Shown in pieces: positions 16,967 through 24,440 of a stretch of 64,000 nt of DNA. A program made the translations under genes and the position numbers. Positions within the stretch are counted from its first letter, which is position 1. Each line of letters begins with the position of its first letter. The notes under the pieces were generated by a model. It did not search any database, had not been told where the DNA came from, and saw only the letters and a list, made by a program, of their open reading frames with translations. The stretch comes from an uncultured Chloroflexia bacterium (GTDB lineage Bacteria; Chloroflexota; Limnocylindria; Limnocylindrales; CSP1-4): positions 2,854 through 66,853 of the forward strand of contig CAVWXU010000026.1 in NCBI GenBank assembly GCA_963759135.1, in the 5' to 3' direction.

Positions 16967-18111
16967 GCCTCGACCCAATCGCGCTCGCGGCGCTCGTGCT
17001 CGCCGTCGTCATCCTGCTGATGCTCGTGTACCTGTCCGTGCGGGTCGTCAACGAGTACGCACGGCTCGTCGTGTTCCGGTTCGGCCGGACCGGCCCGGAT
17101 CTCGTCAAGGGTCCGGGCCTCATCTTCCTGATCCCGGTCGTGGACCGGCCGGTCACCGTGGACCTGCGCGAGCAGTTCATCGAGGTTCCAAGCCAGACCA
17201 CGATCACCCGCGACAACGCGCCGATCAACGTGGACTTCCTGATCTACTGGCGCATTGTCGATCCGCTCAAGAGCGTCGTGCAGGTCGCCTTCTTCGCCGG
17301 AGCGCTGCAGGGCGTCGCCACGACCACCCTGCGCGCCGTCATCGGCGACATCCTGCTCGACGAGGTGCTCTCGAAGCGCGAGCAGATCAACGAGATCCTC
17401 CGCGCGAAGCTCGACGAGGTCACCGAGCGGTGGGGCGGCAAGGTCACCACGGTCGAGATCCGCGAGATCACGCCGCCGCGCGACGTGCAGGACGCCATGA
17501 ACCGCCAGCTCTCCGCGGAGCGCACCCGGCGCGCCGTGATCACGGAGTCGGAGGGCACGCGCCAGTCGACGATCAACGTCGCGGAAGGCGACAAGCAATC
17601 CGCCATCCTCCGGGCCGAGGGCGACCGGCAGGCGGCGATCCTGCGGGCCGAGGGGTTCAGCCAGGCGCTCGAGCGCATCTTCGCGGCGGCGAAGGGAGTC
17701 GACGAGAAGACGATGGCCCTGCAGTACCTCGACGCGCTCAAGGCTCTCGGCGCGGGGCCGGCCACGAAGTTCGTCATCCCCGTGGAGTTCACGGAGCTGC
17801 TGCGTCCGATTTCCGGGTTCATCGACCGGGGCATGGGGCCCACGACTCGCCCGGCGGACGGCGGGAGTGCGCCCGGCGGCGGTGCTCCTGGGCCCTCCTC
17901 GACGGCACCCGGCGGGGACCCGACACAGCTCCGGCCCGGCCGGGGCCTGACCGCGAGGGATCGCCCGCGCCCTGGTCCGGCACGAACCGGCACGGGACGG
18001 GTATCATCCGCGCGATCTGACGTTTCTGCCCGAGAGGTTCGATGGCCGCCGCGAAGATCCTCATCGTCGACGACGATCCAGACACTCAGCGCGTCCTCGG
18101 CTACACGCTGA
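16963..18111 (+). CDS. SPFH/band-7 (stomatin-like) protein
   Basis: Track ORF with an ATGA overlap to nfeD. N-terminal TM plus band-7 domain (VDLREQFIEVPSQTTITRDNAPINVDF...). The last 90 aa or so are low-complexity and overlap the next gene by 70 nt, so the 3' end is suspect. Confidence 0.8.
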   Translation: MSLDPIALAALVLAVVILLMLVYLSVRVVNEYARLVVFRFGRTGPDLVKGPGLIFLIPVVDRPVTVDLREQFIEVPSQTTITRDNAPINVDFLIYWRIVDPLKSVVQVAFFAGALQGVATTTLRAVIGDILLDEVLSKREQINEILRAKLDEVTERWGGKVTTVEIREITPPRDVQDAMNRQLSAERTRRAVITESEGTRQSTINVAEGDKQSAILRAEGDRQAAILRAEGFSQALERIFAAAKGVDEKTMALQYLDALKALGAGPATKFVIPVEFTELLRPISGFIDRGMGPTTRPADGGSAPGGGAPGPSSTAPGGDPTQLRPGRGLTARDRPRPGPARTGTGRVSSARSDVSAREVRWPPRRSSSSTTIQTLSASSATR

Positions 18112-19235
18112 AGCAGGAAGGGTTCGACGTGCTCGTCGCGGTGGACGGCGCCGAAGCCCTCAAGGTCCGTGAGCGTGACCGGCCGGACCTGATCCTGCTC
18201 GACATCATGCTGCCCAAGCTCGACGGCTACCAGGTCGCCGAACGCATACGCGCGGACGAGGGCAGTTCGGGCCATGTCCCGATCGTCATGGTTACGGCAG
18301 AGACGGACATCGAGCAGAAGGTGCGCGGCCTTCGCGCCGGCGCCGACGACTACCTCGTCAAGCCGTTCCACCCGGCTGAGCTGCTGGCCCGGATCCGCAG
18401 CCTGCTCGCCCGGTTCGCGCCACGCAACGTGGAATCGGCCGGACCGGCCGCGGCTGCCGGCCGCGTGCTCGCCTTCTACGGCGCGAAGGGCGGCGTGGGC
18501 ACGACGACCCTCGCGATCAACGCCGCCATCGCCCTGCAGCGGGACCAGGGCCGCCGGGTCGTGCTGGTGGACGGCAACCTGCAGTTCGGCGACCACCGCG
18601 TCTTCCTCGACCTGGGCCTCGATCGCAAGTCCATCGTCGACGTGGTCGTGGCGCCGTCCATCGACCAGGACCTGCTGAAGTCGGTGCTGATCCACCACGA
18701 CACCGGGATCGACCTGCTGCTCGCGCCCCCGTCGCCCGAGACGGCGGAGCTCGTGAAGGACGAGCAGCACCACATGAGCCAGATCATCGAGCTCCTCCGC
18801 CAGCGCTACGACTACGTGATCGTCGACATCGACAAGCGGCTTGACGAGACGAACCTCGACGTGATCGCGGCGGCGAACGTCGTGTTCGTCGTGATGACGG
18901 CCGACCTGTCCTGCCTGAAGAACGTGCGGCTGGTGCTCGAGACGATGTCCCAGCTCGGCATCGGTCCTGGACGCGTGCAGCTTGTGCTGAACCGATCCAC
19001 GGCCTACACGGGGATCACGGTCAAGAACGCCGAGAGCGCGCTGCGCCGTCGCATCGCGCACCAGGTCGTCAACGACTATCGCGTTGCGATCACCGCCCTC
19101 AACACCGGCGCGCCGTTCGCCGTCACCCGGACGGACTCGGTGCTGGGGAAGTCGGTGGTGGAATTCGTGCGTCACGTGGACAAGCTCGACCTCGCGGCGG
19201 CGGAGTCAGCGGAGTTCGCTCCGGCCACCACCTGA
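18042..19235 (+). CDS. Response-regulator receiver domain fused to ParA/MinD-type (CpaE/TadZ-like) ATPase
   Basis: Track ORF after GAGAGG. REC motifs ILIVDDD, LILLDIMLP and YLVKPF; deviant Walker A FYGAKGGVGTTT. Confidence 0.8.
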   Translation: MAAAKILIVDDDPDTQRVLGYTLKQEGFDVLVAVDGAEALKVRERDRPDLILLDIMLPKLDGYQVAERIRADEGSSGHVPIVMVTAETDIEQKVRGLRAGADDYLVKPFHPAELLARIRSLLARFAPRNVESAGPAAAAGRVLAFYGAKGGVGTTTLAINAAIALQRDQGRRVVLVDGNLQFGDHRVFLDLGLDRKSIVDVVVAPSIDQDLLKSVLIHHDTGIDLLLAPPSPETAELVKDEQHHMSQIIELLRQRYDYVIVDIDKRLDETNLDVIAAANVVFVVMTADLSCLKNVRLVLETMSQLGIGPGRVQLVLNRSTAYTGITVKNAESALRRRIAHQVVNDYRVAITALNTGAPFAVTRTDSVLGKSVVEFVRHVDKLDLAAAESAEFAPATT

Positions 19236-19243
19236 TCTGGCGC

Positions 19244-19408
19244 CAGTCGGCGCCAAGCCGGCGTCGAGCCGGCGGCAAGGCTGACGTAAGCCGGCGTGCA
19301 GTCGGCGCCAAGGCCGCGTCGAGCCGGCGGCAAGGCTGACGTAAGGCGGCGCGCAGTCGGCGCCAAGGCTGCGTCGAGCCGGCGGCAATGCTGACGTAGG
19401 CGAACGTG
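19244..19408. repeat. Tandem repeat, 3 x 55 bp
   Basis: Units start at 19244, 19299 and 19354 and are about 90% identical. Each contains GGCGCC, the imperfect palindrome GTCGAGCC-N8-GGCTGAC, and TGACGTAA/G. Confidence 0.95.
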
Positions 19409-19409
19409 A

Positions 19410-21011
19410 ATGGCGTCCGACTACGCTCGCCCAATGCTCGCCACGCTCATCACGGCAGTCGTCGACGGCCTCGAGGGCGCGCTCGTTCGGGTCGAAGTCG
19501 ACGTCGCGCCCGGGTTGCCGGTGTGCCAGATCGTGGGGCTCCCCGACACGGCACTGTCCGAAGCGCGCGAGCGCGTCCGCGGCGCCATCCGGAACACGGG
19601 GTATGCCTACCCCCGGGAGCGCATCACCGTCAACCTCGCCCCGGCCGGCCGGCGCAAGCACGGAGCGGCGTATGACGTCGCCATCGCGGTCGGGATTCTC
19701 GTCGCGTCCGGCCAGGTGGTCGCGTCGGGCGGCGACTGGGCCCTGCTTGGCGAGCTCTCGCTGACTGGGGAGGTGCACCCGGTGACGGGCGTGCTCCCCA
19801 TGGTCCACACGCTTCGGCGAGCCGGCGCTCGCCGGGTGGGCGTTCCCGCGGCCAACGCAGCCGAGGCATCGCTCGTAGATGGCATCGACGTCGTCCCGCT
19901 CATCGGCCTTGATGACGCCGCGCGGCTGGTGGCGGGCCCGCGCGGGCGACGGGCGGCTCGTGCAAGGCACGCGGCGCCCGTGGCGGTGTCGGGCACCCTT
20001 GCCCGCGGCGGCCCTCCGGACGTGCCGCTGACGCGTGGCGAAACACCGGTCGACCTCGCCGACGTGCGCGGACAGGCCGCCGCGCGCTGGGCTCTCGAGG
20101 TGTCCCTGGCAGGGGGCCACAGTCTCCTGCTGGTCGGCCCGCCGGGTGCCGGCAAGACGTTGCTCGCGCGGACGATCCCCGGTCTCCTGCCGCCGCTCGA
20201 TGAGGACGAGGCCCTCGAGGTGACGGTGATCGCGTCCGTTGCCGGCCTGCTCGGTCCAGGCGACGGGCTGCGGCGCACACGTCCGTTCCGGGCCCCGCAC
20301 CATACGGCGTCCTATCCCGCGCTCGTAGGCGGAGGCCCCAGGCTCGCGCCCGGCGAGGTGAGCCTGGCCCACACGGGCGTGCTCTTCCTGGACGAACTGG
20401 GGGAGTTCGATCGCGATGTCCTGGAGGCCCTTCGCCAGCCATTGGAGGAGGGGAGTGTGGTGATCGCTCGGGCGCAGGGCGCGCTGCGGTTCCCGGCGGA
20501 AGTGCAGCTGGTGGCGGCGATGAACCCGTGCCGGTGCGGTTACCACGGCGACCTGGAGCGAGCCTGCACCTGTCAGCCGGGGGAACCAGAGCGCTACGTG
20601 CGCCGTGTCAGCGGGGCCCTTCTCGATCGGCTGGACCTGCGCGTCGAGATGCCGCGGATTCCGGCGGCGGACCTGCTCCTGGGACCCGAGCCGGAGGGCA
20701 GCCGGGTCGTGGCGTCCCGGATCGCCGCCGCGCGGCGCCGGGGCGTCTGCCGCAACGGGGGGCGGCTCAACGCCCGGCTGTCAGGTCGTGACCTCGTCGA
20801 ACGCTGTGGGCTCGAGCCCCCCGGTCGCGAGCTGCTGGCGTTGGTCGCCGCTCGGCGCGGCCTCTCCGCGCGCGGCATTCACAGGATCCTGCGCGTCGCG
20901 AGGACCGTCGCGGACCTGGCGTCCCGCGACGCCGTGACCGAGCTCGACGTCCTCGCGGCCGCGGACCTCCGCGATCCGATGGTGGCGGATCGTCCCGGAC
21001 TGGCGGCCTGA
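19410..21011 (+). CDS. comM: Mg-chelatase-like AAA+ protein ComM/YifB
   Basis: Track ORF. Lon-like N-domain (GLPDTALSEARERVRGAI), Walker A VGPPGAGKT, Walker B LFLDELGEF. ATG 19434 is an alternative start. Confidence 0.9.
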   Translation: MASDYARPMLATLITAVVDGLEGALVRVEVDVAPGLPVCQIVGLPDTALSEARERVRGAIRNTGYAYPRERITVNLAPAGRRKHGAAYDVAIAVGILVASGQVVASGGDWALLGELSLTGEVHPVTGVLPMVHTLRRAGARRVGVPAANAAEASLVDGIDVVPLIGLDDAARLVAGPRGRRAARARHAAPVAVSGTLARGGPPDVPLTRGETPVDLADVRGQAAARWALEVSLAGGHSLLLVGPPGAGKTLLARTIPGLLPPLDEDEALEVTVIASVAGLLGPGDGLRRTRPFRAPHHTASYPALVGGGPRLAPGEVSLAHTGVLFLDELGEFDRDVLEALRQPLEEGSVVIARAQGALRFPAEVQLVAAMNPCRCGYHGDLERACTCQPGEPERYVRRVSGALLDRLDLRVEMPRIPAADLLLGPEPEGSRVVASRIAAARRRGVCRNGGRLNARLSGRDLVERCGLEPPGRELLALVAARRGLSARGIHRILRVARTVADLASRDAVTELDVLAAADLRDPMVADRPGLAA

Positions 21012-21015
21012 CGCA

Positions 21016-22344
21016 GTGCTGGGCATCGGCCCGCTTGGGCCGCTTGGGCCCGCGAGAACGGCTGCGGGGCCGACACGGCGGCGCCCTGCGGGGCCGTCCG
21101 ACGCGCCGCGACATGGCACGGATCCGGACGCCGCGCACCCGCACGCTGCGCATCCGGAAGCACGCCCCGATCCCGGACGGCTCGCCGAGGAGCGCCAGGC
21201 CTGGGTCGTGCTCGCGACGGTCGAGGGGGTCGGCGACCGGACACTCCAGAGGCTGGTGGCCACGCACGGCACGGCATGCCGCGTCCTGTGGCTCGCGGCC
21301 AGGGGCCGGCTCGCGCGAGGCCTGATCACGGAGACAGACGGACGACCGGGCGCCCTGCCACCGGCGACGCTCGCCGCCATCGAGCGAGCGGCAGGCGAGC
21401 CGGGAACACGGCTCGGGCACCTCGCGTCGGCGGGTGTCTGGACGGTCACGTTGCTCGACCCGGACTACCCGTCGAGGCTTCTGACACTCGTGGCTCCGCC
21501 GCCGGTCCTGTTCGGCAAGGGAAACGCCGGCGCGTTGGGCGCGCCGCGCGCGGTGGCAGTCGTCGGCACGCGCCACGCGTCGCCCGCCGGACGCTGCGAG
21601 GCCTCGCGGGCGGCCGCCGCACTCGCGTCGGCCGGCGTGGTCGTCGTGTCGGGCCTCGCCGTCGGGATCGACGGCGCAGCGCACGCCGCAGCGCTTGAGA
21701 GCGGCGGCACGACGGTCGCGGCGATCGGCTCGGGTCACGCCCGCCCCGGCCCCACAGCTCACCGGCTGCTGGTGCGCGGGATCCTGGAACGCGGCGCGGT
21801 GATCGGGGAGCTGCCGCCTGCCGCCCGCGCGACGCAGGGCACGTACCCGCGACGGAACCGCCTGATCGTCGCGCTCGCGGATGCCGTGCTCGTGGTCGAG
21901 GCGCCGCGTCGCAGCGGTGCGCTGATCACCGCGCACCTGGCGATGGACCAGGGCGTGCCGCTGTTTGCGGCACCCGGTTCCGAGGCGTCGGAGCTGACGG
22001 CAGGATGCCGCGGCCTGCTGGACGACGGGAGCGCGCGGAGGTTCGAGGGCGCGCGCACGCTCTGCGAGGAGCTGGGGTGGGATCGTCCGCTCGCGATCGC
22101 CGGTCAGGCAGGCGGCAACGACGACGCATCCTCTGCCTCGCTGCCGTCGCTGGGCGCGGCGGAGCGTGAGGCGGCGGCGATCCTGGCCGGCGGACCTGCC
22201 ACCATGGATGGCCTGCTCCGCTCGACCGGGGCGGCACCGGGCGAGATGGCGGCCGTCCTGACGCTGCTCCAGCTGCGAGGCATGGCGAGGTGCCTGGGAC
22301 CGGTGTACCTTCCGGCCGGCCGGCTGCTGCTGGGACCGCCGTGA
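21016..22344 (+). CDS. dprA: DNA-processing protein DprA (Smf)
   Basis: Track ORF. VAVVGTRHASPAG, VVSGLAVGIDGAAH, YPRRNRLIVALAD and a C-terminal winged-helix-like domain. The start is uncertain because the first 55 aa or so are low-complexity. Confidence 0.88.
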   Translation: MLGIGPLGPLGPARTAAGPTRRRPAGPSDAPRHGTDPDAAHPHAAHPEARPDPGRLAEERQAWVVLATVEGVGDRTLQRLVATHGTACRVLWLAARGRLARGLITETDGRPGALPPATLAAIERAAGEPGTRLGHLASAGVWTVTLLDPDYPSRLLTLVAPPPVLFGKGNAGALGAPRAVAVVGTRHASPAGRCEASRAAAALASAGVVVVSGLAVGIDGAAHAAALESGGTTVAAIGSGHARPGPTAHRLLVRGILERGAVIGELPPAARATQGTYPRRNRLIVALADAVLVVEAPRRSGALITAHLAMDQGVPLFAAPGSEASELTAGCRGLLDDGSARRFEGARTLCEELGWDRPLAIAGQAGGNDDASSASLPSLGAAEREAAAILAGGPATMDGLLRSTGAAPGEMAAVLTLLQLRGMARCLGPVYLPAGRLLLGPP

Positions 22345-22483
22345 CCGTGCCCCGGCAGGCGCGGGACGGCGTCAGCCGCCCTGTGTGCCCGATGGTGGGC
22401 GCCCGCAGCGGAGCGTCCGCCCGCCGCGGAGCGTCCGCCCACGCGGCGACGGGGCGCGAGCAGGCAGCCGCGTTGCCTTCATC

Positions 22484-22492
22484 TGGTACCCT
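22484..22492 (+). promoter_or_regulatory. Extended -10 element TGGTACCCT, 9 nt before ATG 22502
   Basis: TGnTAnnnT with no Shine-Dalgarno before the ATG. A 2 x 15-nt direct repeat GCGGAGCGTCCGCCC (22408, 22426) lies upstream. Confidence 0.4.
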
Positions 22493-22501
22493 GCACCACG
22501 G

Positions 22502-24298
22502 ATGAAGCGGGTCGGACACCCTGCCGTGTCTCGCGTCACCAGCGCGACGCCACGTGCGTTGCGGCCGTTCCGGACGGCCCTGCTGGTCGCCGCAGCCATA
22601 CCCGTGCTGGCGGGTGTCTACGTGCTGTCCCTGCGAAGCAACACGCGTGCGCTCCGGCTCGCCGCGCTCGGCATCGCCGTGCTGGTGGCCGGATCGTTCG
22701 CGGTGATCCGGCTCGCACCGCAGGCCGAGGGCCATCACCCCCCGCCGGTCGATCCGCGCGTCGTCGCGCGACTCGCGACGCCGCTGGTCGCGGGCGTGGA
22801 GGGCATGGCGCCAGTCGACCTGTCGTTCAGCGCTCCCATGAACCGAGACTCGGTGCAGGCGAGCCTCTCCGTGACACCGATCACGGGCGTTCAACTGACC
22901 TGGTCGGCGGGCGACACGGCGGTCTCGATCTCGCCGCTGCGATCGTGGACTCCCTCGACCGTCTACACGGTCGAGGTCGGCGCGACGGCACGGTCCGCGG
23001 CGGGCGCCTCGCTGGCCGAACCGGTGCGCGCCCTGTTCCTGACGGCAGACGCACCCTCCGCGACGATCTCGGCGGCGGCCATGACCGGCAGGCGTGCGAG
23101 CGCCTCGGCCGGGTTCCGGATCTCATTCAGCCGGCCGGTCGATCTCAGCAGCCTGCAGGCAGCCCTGTCGGTCACCCCCGCATCCGACGGCCGGCTGTCC
23201 ACCGGCCTCGAACGTGGTGACCCCACCGAGGTCACCTGGGTGCCCACCAGGCCGCTGCGTCCCGATACCACGTACGTCGTGACCTTCACCGGGACAGTGC
23301 TGTCCTCCGACCACATGAGCGTAAGCCCCGTTCCGCGTCTGGTCGTGCGCACCCTCACCCAGCCCGAGGTGGTCCGAACGCGGCCCGCCGACCGCGGGCA
23401 GGGCGTTGCGTCCGACGCATCCGTCAGCGTTCGTTTCACCCGCGCGATGGACCCTGCGAAGACCGAGTCGGCGTTCCGGCTCGTCGACGCCGGGCGGGGA
23501 ACGAGGGTCGCCGGGGCGTTCGACTGGGTCGAGGACGACACGGTGCTGGTCTTCAGCCCCGCCCACGCTCTCACGCCGGGTCGCGTGTACACGCTGTCGG
23601 TGAGCACGACCGCTACCGACGCGGACGGCGTGCCGCTCGCTGCGCCCGCGGGCGCAGCGGCCATACGCGCCTCGTTCCGGGTTGCGGCTCCGCACGCAGC
23701 CGCGAAGACGTCTCCGTCCACCAGGCCGCCGGCTGCGCCCGCGACCGCCCCGGCTCCGAAGCCGAAGCCCATCACCGGCCCGTCCTCCAGGCCCTCATCC
23801 ACCCCGTCGCCGCCGGCGACCGCCGCGGCAAACGCGCCGTGGCTCAGCGTCGAGCAGTACGCACTGCAACTCCTCAACTGCACGCGTACCGGCGGATGGG
23901 TCCGCGCGGACGGGACCTGTGACGGATACGGGTCGGGCAAGTACAGCGCCTACGTGGCGCCGCTCACCCTCAGCGCGGGCATCTCGGCCAACGTCTCGCG
24001 CCCCTACGCGAAGTACCAGGCCGTGCGGGACGCGTGCAGCCACTTCCTCGACGGGACGCCCGGCGATCGGCTTGCCCGGGCGGGCTACACGAGCTACCGC
24101 TGGGCCGAGAACATCGGGTGCCAGACGGGGGCGCCGCGCCAGGTCGCGATCAACTCCCTGACCTTCTTCCAGTCGGAAAAGCCCTACGGCGGGGGCCACT
24201 GGGTGAACCTCAAGAACCCGGAGTACTCCACCGTCGGCATCGGAGTCTGGGACGATAACGGGTACGTGCTGGTCGTCTTCGACTTCTACCACCCCTGA
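22502..24298 (+). CDS. Membrane-anchored protein with three SbsA-type Ig-like domains, a Pro-rich linker and a C-terminal CAP/SCP domain
   Basis: ATG 22502 inside track ORF 22385..24298. TM ALLVAAAIPVLAGVYVL. Three repeats of the pattern V.L.FS.PM...S....L.V.P...(T)Y.V. C-terminus ...YRWAENIG...GGGHWVNLKNPEYSTVGIGVW. Confidence 0.7.
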   Translation: MKRVGHPAVSRVTSATPRALRPFRTALLVAAAIPVLAGVYVLSLRSNTRALRLAALGIAVLVAGSFAVIRLAPQAEGHHPPPVDPRVVARLATPLVAGVEGMAPVDLSFSAPMNRDSVQASLSVTPITGVQLTWSAGDTAVSISPLRSWTPSTVYTVEVGATARSAAGASLAEPVRALFLTADAPSATISAAAMTGRRASASAGFRISFSRPVDLSSLQAALSVTPASDGRLSTGLERGDPTEVTWVPTRPLRPDTTYVVTFTGTVLSSDHMSVSPVPRLVVRTLTQPEVVRTRPADRGQGVASDASVSVRFTRAMDPAKTESAFRLVDAGRGTRVAGAFDWVEDDTVLVFSPAHALTPGRVYTLSVSTTATDADGVPLAAPAGAAAIRASFRVAAPHAAAKTSPSTRPPAAPATAPAPKPKPITGPSSRPSSTPSPPATAAANAPWLSVEQYALQLLNCTRTGGWVRADGTCDGYGSGKYSAYVAPLTLSAGISANVSRPYAKYQAVRDACSHFLDGTPGDRLARAGYTSYRWAENIGCQTGAPRQVAINSLTFFQSEKPYGGGHWVNLKNPEYSTVGIGVWDDNGYVLVVFDFYHP

Positions 24299-24301
24299 GT
24301 G

Positions 24302-24379
24302 GGCACGAGCGGCGGCAAGCTGCCTGCACGGGTGAATCGCGGCACGAGCGGCGGCACACTGCCCGCACGGGTGAATCGC
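24302..24379. repeat. Tandem repeat, 2 x 39 nt (GGCACGAGCGGCGGCA..CTGCC.GCACGGGTGAATCGC)
   Basis: Copies at 24302-24340 and 24341-24379 with 4 mismatches, between the preceding stop and the topA -10 element. Confidence 0.9.
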
Positions 24380-24423
24380 GGCGCCTCGCGGCCGCCGGAG
24401 GTGACTGGGCGGTAAGGGGTGGG

Positions 24424-24432
24424 TGCTACACT
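24424..24432 (+). promoter_or_regulatory. Extended -10 element TGCTACACT, 8 nt before topA ATG (leaderless)
   Basis: TGnTACACT at 24424-24432 and ATG at 24441, with no Shine-Dalgarno. Confidence 0.55.
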
Positions 24433-24440
24433 CCCGCCCG

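Noticed and set aside
18042-19235. REC-CpaE-like ATPase taken as evidence of a Tad/Flp pilus locus.
   Set aside because: No cpaF/tadA, tadB/C, secretin or prepilin peptidase genes are adjacent. The only Flp pilin is 25 kb away on the other strand.
19244-19408. Tandem 55-bp repeats (and the other repeat arrays) considered as a CRISPR array.
   Set aside because: The units are directly adjacent with no unique spacers, there are only 2-3 copies, and no cas genes are in the window.
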